Source: a candidate division WS6 bacterium GW2011_GWF2_39_15
GTDB taxonomy: Bacteria; Patescibacteriota; Dojkabacteria; SC72
Direction: 5' to 3'
Assembly (NCBI GenBank): GCA_000993565.1
Contig: LBWK01000002.1
Span: 4,121-68,120 of the forward strand
Length of the DNA: 64,000 nt
Positions within the stretch are counted from its first letter, which is position 1. Each line of letters starts with the position of its first letter. Under the pieces are notes generated by a model. It saw only the letters and a program-made list of their open reading frames with translations. It made no database searches and was not told the DNA's origin. Below are positions 28,199 to 38,809 of the stretch, piece after piece. Made by a program: the position numbers and the translations under genes.

Positions 28199-28653
28199 TT
28201 AAACATCTCAATAATTTTAAGTACATGCAAAGTTATTAAGATATTTGAAAGAGTGGATGAAAATACCATTATCTTGACGAGTGCTCTCTCTTTATTAAAC
28301 CATTTATATGCGAAAACAAAAGTCACCGCAAGTATAGCAAAAGCGAGAACAGGCAATAGAATAATAAAGTCCCTGCTGTATAGTTTTAATGCGTCATCAC
28401 TATAGAAGGTTACTAAGGGAAGTTTTTCAGGAAGGTTGTTATAATTGTAATATATGTAGTAGGACTGCAGAGCTAGCACAGCGAAGGAAATTGTATGCAT
28501 TATCCAAATTCCGCCATCCTTAGCATACCTCATTAACTCAAATATGGTTAATGAGTTTGCTATTGAACCTTTAACTTTGGAAAGAGAATTAGAAAAAGGC
28601 TGTTTAAAGCCTAAATCAAGTTGTGTAGCGCTTTCCTTTTTATCTTTTTTCAC
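28195..28653 (-). CDS. Small membrane protein, unknown function
   Basis: 152 aa, 3-4 TM helices, 4-nt overlap with upstream GT4 gene. Confidence 0.35.
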   Translation of the reverse strand: MKKDKKESATQLDLGFKQPFSNSLSKVKGSIANSLTIFELMRYAKDGGIWIMHTISFAVLALQSYYIYYNYNNLPEKLPLVTFYSDDALKLYSRDFIILLPVLAFAILAVTFVFAYKWFNKERALVKIMVFSSTLSNILITLHVLKIIEMFK

Positions 28654-28662
28654 GATTTCCCA

Positions 28663-29400
28663 TTATAACACTATTTGATTGGAGATAGCCTTAAAGTCTG
28701 AGGCTCTTAAGTTCTCAGGCCTTTTGTTGAGAATGTCCTCGGGTATCCCGCTTAAGTTATACCCTCTCAGGTTGTTTCGTAAGGTTTTTCTCGGGTTCCC
28801 GAATGCTTTCTTAACAATTGTAGTAAGCCTGTTTATATCTATTGTTTTGTCAATTTCCCTTGGAGTTATTTTGATTAATGCACTGTCAACCTTAGGTTTG
28901 GGTATAAAGTTTCCGGGTTTTATGTATTTCAGAATCTCTACATCGGCAAAGAATGAAGTCAAAATTGAGAGAATAGAAGATTTACCGTCTTTGGATATAT
29001 ACTTTTCAGCAACCTCTTTTTGGACTATAAAAAACATGGCTTTAATCTCGGAATACTGGACAAACTGAGTAATTATCGGTTTTGAGATGTTATAAGGAAG
29101 TGATCCATATAGGACAAGGGGTTGTGTATAGTTGTCCGGATTGAAATTAATCTTTAAAATATCCTCATTGATTACCTGTATACTCGGAACCTTCTGCTTT
29201 AGGAATTTGGCAAGCTCAGAATCCTTCTCGATAGCAGTAATATTGGAGGTCACATTCAGAAGCCTTTTAGTGAAATAGCCATCACCCGGACCAATTTCTA
29301 TAATTGACCCAGGATTTTCGGTGGCAACCTGCTCAACAATCCAATCAGCTAGATTCGGATTATTGAAAAAATTCTGGCCGAGTGATTTATTAAGTTTCAT
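28663..29400 (-). CDS. ksgA: 16S rRNA (adenine1518/1519-N6)-dimethyltransferase
   Basis: 'LGQNFF' and 'IIEIGPGDGYFT' motifs of the RsmA/KsgA family. Confidence 0.8.
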   Translation of the reverse strand: MKLNKSLGQNFFNNPNLADWIVEQVATENPGSIIEIGPGDGYFTKRLLNVTSNITAIEKDSELAKFLKQKVPSIQVINEDILKINFNPDNYTQPLVLYGSLPYNISKPIITQFVQYSEIKAMFFIVQKEVAEKYISKDGKSSILSILTSFFADVEILKYIKPGNFIPKPKVDSALIKITPREIDKTIDINRLTTIVKKAFGNPRKTLRNNLRGYNLSGIPEDILNKRPENLRASDFKAISNQIVL

Positions 29401-29405
29401 AGTAT

Positions 29406-30323
29406 TTATGCCCTAAAGTCCCAAATTCCTTTATCTTGCCTGTAAATGGTCTTACATTGCACGCACTGTGCTCTCTCTTCTGTAAATTGCAGACTACCAT
29501 TGCATTTTGGACAAATAAGTATATCTTCAAGTCTTTGGGCTTTTTGTGAACTTACTCCATTAATTTTTTTAGATATGAAAAAAATACTTGGTGCAATGCT
29601 TGTCCATCCGAGCAAAAGTTGCATAAAGGTTTCAAAAAATCTAAGAATGGCATTAGGAAGGTGTTTCTTAAGGAACGGAATTCTAAAGTATGAGACCCCG
29701 CATTTTTTCATTGGTACAAAGGAGTTTTCTTCCAGTAATCTTCTTATATGCTTAGGATGAAAGTTAAGGAAATATGTATCCTCGCCCTTAGTGCCCTCAT
29801 GATTGCCGTGTGTTGGCTGCTGATACGGTTCTGTGCTGAAGAAGCTTAAATTGGGTTTCAGCAGGTTTTTCAAGGCTGCTTTAATATGAATTTTATTTGC
29901 AAATTCCTGTATATAGATAGATTCCTGACTCATAACCCTTTTAAGCTCTTTGAAGTATGCTTCAGGTTTGTTGATGTGATGAAGTACTCGCACCATTAAA
30001 CCTCCATCAAAGGAGTTATCCCTAAACGGTAGGTTGTAGGCATTTGCAGCGATCAATATTGTATTTGGAAAGGTTTTTAAAATTTCTGATTGATTCTTTT
30101 GTAAAGTGAGAAGCGAGTAGTCAAGGATCACGGGATGCTCATATTTACTGTAATAAAGGTCCAAATTTCTTCCAAAGGAACCTCCTATATCAATGAACCA
30201 ATCGCCTTTAAGTTTTGCAAATGTTTTACGTAGTAGATGTCTCTCCGCATCATTTTCGTATGAGCGATCCTTCCAGTATTCTTTATAATCATATTTGTAT
30301 TGGTCGTAATCTGATACTTTCAC
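29406..30323 (-). CDS. Class I SAM-dependent methyltransferase with C-terminal Trm112-like zinc ribbon
   Basis: 'FIDIGGSFGRN' motif I, 'FDGGLMVRVLHHI' motif, C-terminal 'CPKCNGSL...CVQCK'. Confidence 0.55.
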   Translation of the reverse strand: MKVSDYDQYKYDYKEYWKDRSYENDAERHLLRKTFAKLKGDWFIDIGGSFGRNLDLYYSKYEHPVILDYSLLTLQKNQSEILKTFPNTILIAANAYNLPFRDNSFDGGLMVRVLHHINKPEAYFKELKRVMSQESIYIQEFANKIHIKAALKNLLKPNLSFFSTEPYQQPTHGNHEGTKGEDTYFLNFHPKHIRRLLEENSFVPMKKCGVSYFRIPFLKKHLPNAILRFFETFMQLLLGWTSIAPSIFFISKKINGVSSQKAQRLEDILICPKCNGSLQFTEERAQCVQCKTIYRQDKGIWDFRA

Positions 30324-32002
30324 GTTTTTACTTCTCTCAACTTAGCCATTAAGTCATTGATCTGGGCGAAAATTCTATCAACAGACTCATTATCTTTCAT
30401 ATTCTCAGCCAGCGCAAGTTTGACTCTGGCATTTGCAATTTTCTGCTGTATATCTATTTTAAGTATCCTTGAGTATATCTTATCTAGCTCTTCAGAAGTG
30501 GCTAGCTGACTTGATAATAGGATAATCTCTAAGTACTGTTGTAAGGATTTGTTCAGTTTCTTGTGTAACTGGCTTATTGACGCCCCTTTTAGCCCCTTCG
30601 CGATGTCAAGTATGCTTGTAACCATGCTGTTACCAAAGATAGTTAGGTCGTGATGGTCTGGGATTGAGACGGTCTCTCCGCTTAGAAGAATCTTGAGGTA
30701 GTACTCTTCAAAAGATAGTTTATCACTGCTCTCTTTTTGAGATAATCCATATCCTCTCTCCTGTATTTCTATCGCCGCCCTTTCTCCTACAATCTCTCTG
30801 AATTTTTTCTTATAGAAGTCCTCTTTACCTTTGTCTCTTACGTGTGTGAGAAGCTGTTTCGAGTAGTAATTAAGCTTTTCCAAATCTTCTTTAACTGTAA
30901 TGTCTAGAGTCTCATATTCGGACTGGATTAGATATGTATAAGCATCAGTGCGTTTCTCTGAAACCATCTGAGAGAATAGTCCGGGCTTATTTTGAATTAC
31001 TTCATCTATATCTTTATATGGTTTGGTATTGATCGCATAGCTGTTCATGCCTAGATCCTCGGCAATTGTAAACGCTCGTTGTAAGGCTTTCTGTCCTGCG
31101 AAATCACTGTCGAAGATAAAAAGAAGGTTCTTAGTAAATTGGGAAATCAGAGTAAGTTGGTCGAAGGTTAAACTTGTACCAAGCGGGGCTACAATATTTG
31201 TGACACCGTCTCTATGTGCGGCTATGACATCTGTAGTGCCTTCGCAAATGATACAAAGGTCCTGTTTTCTTATGTCTGGTTTTGATTGATGGAGGCCATA
31301 TACATTTTTAGACTTGTGGAATATATATGTTTCGGGAGTATTCATATACTTAGGACCATAGTTATCGTTTGGTAGTATTCTGCCTGTGAATCCGATTATT
31401 TTTCCTGAAGCCGATGTAATTGGGAACATGACGCGATTTATGAACTTGTCTCTGAATATCCCACCCTTTTCTATGAAAAGTCCCGAATCCAATAGCTGCT
31501 TATTATTTAGCTTATACCTTTCTCTAACCTTGTTCAGAACAATATTGTTTCCCGGTGCAAATCCGATTTTAAATTTCTCAATATCTGCATCGGTTATTTT
31601 TCTGGAATATAAATACTTCTTTACTTGATCGTTTGCCTTTAGTAATCGGAAGAATATCTCTGCGGCTAGTTTGTTCAAATCGTAGTACAATTTGAAAGGA
31701 TCATCTCTTTGAATTGTTTCTAGTTGTACCCCAGTTTCTTTTGCAAGTTTTTCCAAAGCTTCTCTGAAATCCAGCTTTTCAATTTCTTGAATAAAGGTTA
31801 TGACATCTCCCGATTTACCGCATCCAAAGCACTTATATATTTGGATGTCCGGACTCACATTAAAAGAGGGAGTCTTTTCGCTATGAAAAGGACATAGACC
31901 TACATAGTTCTTGCCTGCTTTTTTGAGTTTCACATACCTTTCGACGATACTGACAATATCAGCCTTCTCTTTTATAATCTCAACCTGATTGTTATCTGCC
32001 AT
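30320..32002 (-). CDS. dnaG: DNA primase
   Basis: 'CPFHSEKTPSFNV...CFGCGKSGDVITF' CHC2 zinc finger; TOPRIM 'ICEGTTDVIAA'; 560 aa. Confidence 0.85.
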   Translation of the reverse strand: MADNNQVEIIKEKADIVSIVERYVKLKKAGKNYVGLCPFHSEKTPSFNVSPDIQIYKCFGCGKSGDVITFIQEIEKLDFREALEKLAKETGVQLETIQRDDPFKLYYDLNKLAAEIFFRLLKANDQVKKYLYSRKITDADIEKFKIGFAPGNNIVLNKVRERYKLNNKQLLDSGLFIEKGGIFRDKFINRVMFPITSASGKIIGFTGRILPNDNYGPKYMNTPETYIFHKSKNVYGLHQSKPDIRKQDLCIICEGTTDVIAAHRDGVTNIVAPLGTSLTFDQLTLISQFTKNLLFIFDSDFAGQKALQRAFTIAEDLGMNSYAINTKPYKDIDEVIQNKPGLFSQMVSEKRTDAYTYLIQSEYETLDITVKEDLEKLNYYSKQLLTHVRDKGKEDFYKKKFREIVGERAAIEIQERGYGLSQKESSDKLSFEEYYLKILLSGETVSIPDHHDLTIFGNSMVTSILDIAKGLKGASISQLHKKLNKSLQQYLEIILLSSQLATSEELDKIYSRILKIDIQQKIANARVKLALAENMKDNESVDRIFAQINDLMAKLREVKT

Positions 32003-32018
32003 GCTATATTATATATCT

Positions 32019-32975
32019 TTATTTGGAGCAGTCTAATTGATTATCCGTAATGGAGCATTCTATGGACGCAGTTCCACTAGCGGAATTGATGACAAGCGGT
32101 ACTTCCTGATTATTAATGTATAATTTTGTAAGAGTTGGTTTTCCGGTAAGAAGCTGAAGTGATTTGGTTACGCTGTAATTTGCAGTCTTTCCTGGTGCAA
32201 CAGCCTGGGCCAGTTTCTGATTGTCATCGATATTTAATTGTAACCAGGTTGCCTCGCTAAGGACTTGTATGTATGCAACGAATTTTTTAGGTGCTGATAC
32301 AACCTCTTTTTTGACTTCTTTTTCCTGCTCCAGTTTATACACCACACGTATCGTTTTCACTGTGTTAAGGCCCGTTTCATTGTTTTTAGATTCTATTGTA
32401 ATTAGATTTTCCCCGGGAATGAATATGACTTCTTGTACAAAAGCACCTGAGTCATTTATCTCAACAACTTTTCCATTTATTCGAAGATCGCTTTTCTTGT
32501 CTGTTTTACCCTTGATCTCTGTTTTGGCGATATTTGTGACTGAATCATTTTGAGGTTCGGTTATGGTAAGTGAAGGATTTTGTTGCAATTGGTTATATTT
32601 ACTTATGGTATATATAAAGAAAGTCGTGATTGTGATGACCAGAATAGCAAGAACAATGTTAAGAGGTGTTATAAGTTCCTTGATGTTGATTCGGAGCTTT
32701 CTTTTATTTCTTAACGAAGAAGTACCCTTCTCTTTTAATGCCTTGTCTGAGCGTCTATAGAGGGCCAGCATCTTGTCAACATCTAGTCCAAGGTACTCTG
32801 AGTATATTTTCATAAAACCGTTTATGAAGACGTTAGAAGCGAACTGGTCATAATTTTCCGATTCTAACATCTTCAGGTATTTCTCCTGAACTTTAGTCTC
32901 CTGAGATACTTGGGAAATACTCTTACGAAGAGCCAATCTTCTTTTTTGCAGAATTTGTCCTGGAGTTAGCATCAC
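32019..32975 (-). CDS. RodZ-like cytoskeletal protein (XRE-type HTH + TM + C-terminal domain)
   Basis: N-terminal HTH 'LRKSISQVSQETKVQEKYLKMLE', single TM, C-terminal DUF4115-like beta domain. Confidence 0.5.
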   Translation of the reverse strand: MMLTPGQILQKRRLALRKSISQVSQETKVQEKYLKMLESENYDQFASNVFINGFMKIYSEYLGLDVDKMLALYRRSDKALKEKGTSSLRNKRKLRINIKELITPLNIVLAILVITITTFFIYTISKYNQLQQNPSLTITEPQNDSVTNIAKTEIKGKTDKKSDLRINGKVVEINDSGAFVQEVIFIPGENLITIESKNNETGLNTVKTIRVVYKLEQEKEVKKEVVSAPKKFVAYIQVLSEATWLQLNIDDNQKLAQAVAPGKTANYSVTKSLQLLTGKPTLTKLYINNQEVPLVINSASGTASIECSITDNQLDCSK

Positions 32976-32989
32976 AATTACTTATATAT

Positions 32990-35173
32990 TTATTGGGGCA
33001 GTTCGTCGTTACTATCACTTCCTAATATTTGTGAAGCACTGCTTATCAAAACCTTCCGTGGGTTACTACCATCCTGAGGTCCGATTGCTCCTGCTTCTTC
33101 AAGTTCATCCATTAATCTGGCCGCTCTATTATACCCGATTCTTAATTTTCTTTGTAAAAGGGAGGCAGAGGCCTTTTGCGCATTAATAATAACGTCAATT
33201 GATTGGCGGAATACCGGGTCATCAGCTCCCGCAGAAGTCCCGCCTTTGGCTTCTACAACTTGAGCCTTAGTTACTTCGTCTGTATATTCAACAATTTCTG
33301 TCTGATCTTTAATAAACTTGATTACATTATCCAGATCTTTGTTGTCAGTGAAGGCACCTTGTATTCTTATCGGTCTTGGGTGAGAAGGAGATTTGAAAAG
33401 CATATCGCCTTTTCCAAGAAGTGTTTCAGCTCCTATCTGATCTATTACCACCCTGGAATCGATTGCTGTCGTTACATTAAAAGCTACACGTCCAGGCATA
33501 TTGGCCTTAATAAGGCCAGTTATTACGTTCACGGAAGGTCTCTGGGTTGCGAGTATGAGGTGGATACCAACGGCTCTTGCCATCTGTGCCAGACGCACAA
33601 CCTTAGTCTCTACGTCAACTCCGGTCGATAGCATGAGGTCTGCCATTTCATCAATTACGATGATGATGTAAGGCATCGCACTAAAGCCCATCTGCTGGTT
33701 ATACTCTGTAATTTTTTTGACACCGGCCTGTTTAAGCATCCTATATCTTTTAAGCATTTCCTCAATCGCCCACTGTAGAGCATTAACAACTAGTTCCATA
33801 TCAGTAATTACAGGGGTTAGAAGGTGTGGGATACCGTTGTATGGAGCCATTTCCACCATCTTTGGGTCAACCAGTATAAAGCGAAGTTCATCCGGAGATT
33901 TAGACATAAGCAGTCCCATGAGCATAGAGTTGATACCTACGGACTTACCTGTACCTGTAGCACCCGCTACTAATACATGAGGAAGATCAACCAGGTCTCT
34001 GATAATCAATTTACCGGTCACATCCTTACCAAGAATTAGAGGGAGTTCGTATTTGGATTTATCTTTAAGCAATTGAGCAACCATCTCCTTCTCGTATACA
34101 TAGTTTGGTGTCGGATTGGGGGCTTCAATTCCTATAAGCGATGTTCCCGGTATTGGAGCTTCAATTCTAACGCTTGACGAAGGAGCGGCAAGTGCTAAAG
34201 CTAAATCATTTGTGAGGTTTCTCACCTTTGATACTTTAATACCGACACTTATGCTTAGTGCATACTGAACAACCGTTGGTCCTACTGATATTTCTGCGAC
34301 TTTGGCGAGGACTCCGAAACTTCTTAAAGTCTGTTCGATTATCAGGGCATTCTTTTTAAATACGTCCTTGTTTTGCGGCTGTACTATCGGATCCTGAAGC
34401 AAATCAAGGCTGGGAAAGGTCCAATTTGTATATTTTGGTCCCTGGCTTTCAAGTCCCATATCATTCTCATCCACAACTTTTTTAGGTGCTATATGTATAT
34501 GGTTTTCTGTACTTTTAGGAGCATCGTTTGCAAATATAATATCCTGCTCTTCTTCTCTCTTACTATCTAATCCGTTGATTATCCCGTCCATTCTCTTATC
34601 ATCCTGTTCAAGATCCTGGGGTTTAATATCTTCCAGAGATCCTTTGAATTCCAGTCCTCCTGTATTCTCAACAGTCTTTTCTATATAGTCGCGGATCTGA
34701 GAGAGCTTAATACTTGTAATTAATGATATCGAGACTACAAAGGATACAATTAGTACAAGGAACTCAATGAATCTGCCTAGATATGAAAGCAAAAACAGGT
34801 GAATATTGTATCCAAGCATTCCGGCTGGAAATTCAAACTGCGTTGGTGACTGTAATTGCTCATTTGGCACCCAGAAGGTTAAGAAGGCTGCAAAGGTAAG
34901 GGAGAAGAAGAGAAGTCCAAGTTGCAGCTTCCAAGATTTAAATATTGTTTTAGAGCTGAAGAACCGGAGTGCTAGATATAAAGTTGTGAACCCAAATACT
35001 ACGGAACTATATCCGAAGGTTGTAACAATAGATCTGAATAGATGTGAGTCAAAGAAGGGAGATATTATTAGGGCTATACTCAATATAGTTAGAATAATAC
35101 CAACAAATACCTTTGTCTCATCACTATTTATATTAATGTCTTTCTTTTTCTTTGAACCTTTTCTTCGTCCCAT
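32990..35173 (-). CDS. ftsK: DNA translocase FtsK/SpoIIIE
   Basis: N-terminal 4-5 TM helices; motor domain Walker A 'VAGATGTGKSV', 'IIVIDEMADL' Walker B; C-terminal gamma winged helix. Confidence 0.85.
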   Translation of the reverse strand: MGRRKGSKKKKDININSDETKVFVGIILTILSIALIISPFFDSHLFRSIVTTFGYSSVVFGFTTLYLALRFFSSKTIFKSWKLQLGLLFFSLTFAAFLTFWVPNEQLQSPTQFEFPAGMLGYNIHLFLLSYLGRFIEFLVLIVSFVVSISLITSIKLSQIRDYIEKTVENTGGLEFKGSLEDIKPQDLEQDDKRMDGIINGLDSKREEEQDIIFANDAPKSTENHIHIAPKKVVDENDMGLESQGPKYTNWTFPSLDLLQDPIVQPQNKDVFKKNALIIEQTLRSFGVLAKVAEISVGPTVVQYALSISVGIKVSKVRNLTNDLALALAAPSSSVRIEAPIPGTSLIGIEAPNPTPNYVYEKEMVAQLLKDKSKYELPLILGKDVTGKLIIRDLVDLPHVLVAGATGTGKSVGINSMLMGLLMSKSPDELRFILVDPKMVEMAPYNGIPHLLTPVITDMELVVNALQWAIEEMLKRYRMLKQAGVKKITEYNQQMGFSAMPYIIIVIDEMADLMLSTGVDVETKVVRLAQMARAVGIHLILATQRPSVNVITGLIKANMPGRVAFNVTTAIDSRVVIDQIGAETLLGKGDMLFKSPSHPRPIRIQGAFTDNKDLDNVIKFIKDQTEIVEYTDEVTKAQVVEAKGGTSAGADDPVFRQSIDVIINAQKASASLLQRKLRIGYNRAARLMDELEEAGAIGPQDGSNPRKVLISSASQILGSDSNDELPQ

Positions 35174-35422
35174 ATATCTATACTTATATTATCATAATTA
35201 CACTTTGACAATAGCACGTCCATCATATAATATTGGGTACCAAACTTCTAGCGAATAATGTTTTGACAAAGCATACTAAATGTGATAGGATTGCTCCGAT
35301 AATTTCCAATTTATGCAGTAAGGAAAACGCTTTTTTATAGGTTCAGAGTAAGAAGTATAGAGTTTTGATATTGATGAAGATATTTAAATATTTTGTTTAA
35401 TTTAAGGCCTTTTTAAACATTC

Positions 35423-38400
35423 ATGTCACAAGAACCTACACGCAATAGAGCCGGAAGAATTAATTTAGGTATCGGCTCTACAAGGAAGGTAGACTTTCCT
35501 AACCTCATCGATTCCCAGCTTAATTCCTTCAGGTATTTCGTAGAAACAGGTGTAAAAACTCTTTTCAATGAGATAAATCCTGTTAAGGATACTATGGAGA
35601 GAATGTGGACTCTTGAGTTTAAAGACTACCGAATCGGTGATCCTTACAGATCAATCGATGATGCAACTGATAAGGGGCTTTCATACGAAGCTCCTATTTA
35701 TTCTACAGTTCAGCTTCTCAATAACAAGACGGGAGAAATTAAAGAACAGGAAATCTTTGTCGCGGATCTTCCATTAATGACTAATGATGGTTTCTTTGTT
35801 GTAAACGGAGTCAGAAGAGTTGTAACTCACCAGATTGTACGAGCAGAGGGTGTGCTTTTTGAGGAGAACGAAGTTCTCCCTTCTAGAACACTTTATAAAG
35901 CTAGATTAATGCCTGGAAACGGACCGTGGTATGAATTTGAAGTGAGTAAGCACAATGTTATCTCTATCCGATTAATCCCTAAGAGACCAAGGGTTTTGAT
36001 TACAGAACTTTTCAGGGTATTCGGATATGAAACAGATGAAGAGATAAAGGCACTCTTCTCTTCAGTTGATACACATGAGGAATATAAGTATATAGAGTCT
36101 ACACTTGCTAGAGACTTTACAAAGAATAAGGAAGAGGCGATTGTAAGCGTATATAACAAGTTAAGACCAGATGAGTCTGTAACATTAGATAGTGCCGAGA
36201 AATATATTAAAGGACACTTCTTTAATATAAGAAAGTTTGATCTTGGAAAAGTAGGAAGATATCAAATTAACAGAAAGCTCGGAATGAATTATCCTGTTGA
36301 GGGTAATGATTCAAAGCTTCATGTCGATGACCTTGTTTCATTAATAAAGAAACTTATTGAAGTAAACAACGGCGTTGTTGCTCCTGATGATATCGACCAC
36401 TTATCAAATAGAAGAATAAGAAGTGTAGGTGAAGTTCTTCTAAAGCAGCTTGCTGTGGGAGTAAGAAGGTTGGAAAAGAATATTAAAGATAAGATGAGTA
36501 TGTACGGTCAGGATGCCAAGTTAACGCCATCTATGCTAATCAGCACAAAGCCTGTATCTGCAGCAATGCAGTCTTTCTTTGGAAGTAACCAGCTTTCTAC
36601 ATTCATGGAGCAGTCAAACATCCTTTCAGAGCTGGAAAACAAGAGAAAAGTAACAGCATCAGGGCCGGGCGGGCTTGTTAAGGAGAGGGCTACTTTCTCA
36701 GTTAGAGAAGTACATAACTCCCACTACTCAAGATTTGATCCGGTAACCAGTCCTGAGTCTCAGGCAATCGGAGTTGTTACGCAGCTTGCCATTCTTTCCA
36801 GGGTTAATGATTATGGATTTATAGAAGCCCCTTACAGAAAAGTTCTTCAAACAGCTAAGAATGACGGTAGAGATACTATAAATAGGTTGTCGCTTGAGAC
36901 AATTAAAGTAGGAAGTAAGACAATTGTTAAAGCAGGTCAGCTTATAACCCCTGAAATTGCAAAGCATTTAAAGGCTGAGGATAGAGTAAAGGAAATAAAG
37001 GTGGTTTCGTATATGACAGATGAAATTGTGTATTTTGATGCCCGAGATGAAGAAGAGTATTCAATTACATCTTCAACAGTTAAGTATGATCAATATGGAA
37101 ATATCCTTGATGCATTAGTCCCCGCAAGAAACAGGGGGCTTTTCATTTTGGAAGATGTACAAAATGTCTCATTCATGGATCTCATTGCTTCACAGCAGGC
37201 CGGTTTGGGTATGGCCCTTATTCCTTTTGTAGCACATGATGACTCAATGAGAGCCCTTGCAGGTTCAAATATGCAGAGGCAGGCAGTTCCTCTTCTTAAG
37301 CAGGAAGCACCGTTAATCGGAACCGGTCTTGAAGAGGTTGTTGCCAGGCAATCTATCTGGTCAGTATTTGCAGAAGATGATGGTGTTGTTGAATATGCTG
37401 ATGCAACCAAGCTAACTGTTAAGTATAAAGAAGAGGGAAGAAAAGATTATGTATTAAGAAAGTTCTACAGATCAAATGATAATACATCTTTCTCACAGTA
37501 TGTAAGAGTTGAACCTGGTCAGAAGTTTAATAAGGGTGATGTGCTTGTTGACGGACCTACAATGATAAACGGTGAGCTGGCTATCGGTACAAACCTTCGA
37601 GCCGCTTTGATGTTCTATGATGGATATAACTACGAGGACTCCGTAATCATCTCCGAGAGAGTTGTTAAGGATGACCTCCTCACTTCAGTTCATATTAGAG
37701 AGCATACTGTTGAGGTCAGAGATACAGAATTAGGAGCTGAAATCATCACAGCAGATATTCCTCATGTAAATGAGAGAATTCTTCAGAAGCTTGATGACAG
37801 AGGTATTGTCAGAACCGGTGTGCGAGTTAAATCAGGAGATATTCTTGTCGGTGTTGTTGCACCAAGAGGCGAGCAGGAATTGACGGCAGAAGAAAGATTG
37901 CTGCGAGCAATCTTCGGAGAAGCATCAAGTGATGTTAGAGATAACTCGCTTAGACTTCCGCACGGAGAATCAGGAATTGTAATTCATACTCAGGTTCTTT
38001 CATCTGAAAATGATGATAAGCTTGCTCCGGGAGTGCTTCATGAGGTTAAAGTCTGGGTTGCAAAGACCAAGAAGATCTCTTACGGAGATAAAATATCTGG
38101 AAGACACGGAGACAAGAATACAGTTGCTGCAATCAAGCCTGTTGAAGATATGCCGTTTACGGCAGATGGTGAACCGGTTGATATTGTCTTAACCCCAACC
38201 TTTATTAAGAGAATGAACATGGGACAGGCAGTTGAGGTGCACTTTGGTGAATATGCTTCAATGCTTGGTGAGAAACTTGCATTCCCTCTTTTTGAGGATA
38301 TAAATATGGAATGGGTTGAGACCCAGATGAAGAAAAACGGTTTCAAGATGGAGCAGAAAGTGGATCTATTTGACGGAAGGACAGGTGAGAAGCTCCCAAG

Positions 38401-38809
38401 AAAAATAACAGTCGGAATGAAGTATATACTTAAGCTTCATCACATTGCAGACGAGAAAGTTCATGCCAGATCTACTGGACCATACACTGTTGTAACTCAG
38501 CAGCCGTTGGGTGGAAAAGCTCAAATGGGAGGTCAGAGATTCGGAGAAATGGAAGTATGGGCTCTTGAAGCACACGGAGCTCCCGCTACCCTGCAGGAGA
38601 TGCTCACGATTAAGTCTGACGATGTGAAAGGAAGATCTTCAGCATATAAAGCAATCATTCAAGGAGAGAAGATAGAGAATGTTAACGTACCTGAGTCATT
38701 TAAAGTTCTAATCAAAGAACTTAATGCACTCTCGCTGAAAATTGATTTAATTTCAAGTAAACCTCAGGTTGTAGAGGTAGAACAGAACAATGATGAACCG
38801 ACAGAGTAA
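35423..38809 (+). CDS. rpoB: DNA-directed RNA polymerase subunit beta
   Basis: 1128 aa; conserved beta motifs throughout (e.g. 'GPGGL', 'NMQRQAVP', 'RFGEMEVWALEA'). Confidence 0.95.
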   Translation: MSQEPTRNRAGRINLGIGSTRKVDFPNLIDSQLNSFRYFVETGVKTLFNEINPVKDTMERMWTLEFKDYRIGDPYRSIDDATDKGLSYEAPIYSTVQLLNNKTGEIKEQEIFVADLPLMTNDGFFVVNGVRRVVTHQIVRAEGVLFEENEVLPSRTLYKARLMPGNGPWYEFEVSKHNVISIRLIPKRPRVLITELFRVFGYETDEEIKALFSSVDTHEEYKYIESTLARDFTKNKEEAIVSVYNKLRPDESVTLDSAEKYIKGHFFNIRKFDLGKVGRYQINRKLGMNYPVEGNDSKLHVDDLVSLIKKLIEVNNGVVAPDDIDHLSNRRIRSVGEVLLKQLAVGVRRLEKNIKDKMSMYGQDAKLTPSMLISTKPVSAAMQSFFGSNQLSTFMEQSNILSELENKRKVTASGPGGLVKERATFSVREVHNSHYSRFDPVTSPESQAIGVVTQLAILSRVNDYGFIEAPYRKVLQTAKNDGRDTINRLSLETIKVGSKTIVKAGQLITPEIAKHLKAEDRVKEIKVVSYMTDEIVYFDARDEEEYSITSSTVKYDQYGNILDALVPARNRGLFILEDVQNVSFMDLIASQQAGLGMALIPFVAHDDSMRALAGSNMQRQAVPLLKQEAPLIGTGLEEVVARQSIWSVFAEDDGVVEYADATKLTVKYKEEGRKDYVLRKFYRSNDNTSFSQYVRVEPGQKFNKGDVLVDGPTMINGELAIGTNLRAALMFYDGYNYEDSVIISERVVKDDLLTSVHIREHTVEVRDTELGAEIITADIPHVNERILQKLDDRGIVRTGVRVKSGDILVGVVAPRGEQELTAEERLLRAIFGEASSDVRDNSLRLPHGESGIVIHTQVLSSENDDKLAPGVLHEVKVWVAKTKKISYGDKISGRHGDKNTVAAIKPVEDMPFTADGEPVDIVLTPTFIKRMNMGQAVEVHFGEYASMLGEKLAFPLFEDINMEWVETQMKKNGFKMEQKVDLFDGRTGEKLPRKITVGMKYILKLHHIADEKVHARSTGPYTVVTQQPLGGKAQMGGQRFGEMEVWALEAHGAPATLQEMLTIKSDDVKGRSSAYKAIIQGEKIENVNVPESFKVLIKELNALSLKIDLISSKPQVVEVEQNNDEPTE

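Noticed and set aside
35195-35260. TTGACA…TATAAT-like hexamers upstream of rpoB
   Set aside because: Spacing is 15 nt and the site is ~200 nt from the rpoB start. It is plausible but not distinguishable from chance in AT-rich DNA, and is not listed as a feature.
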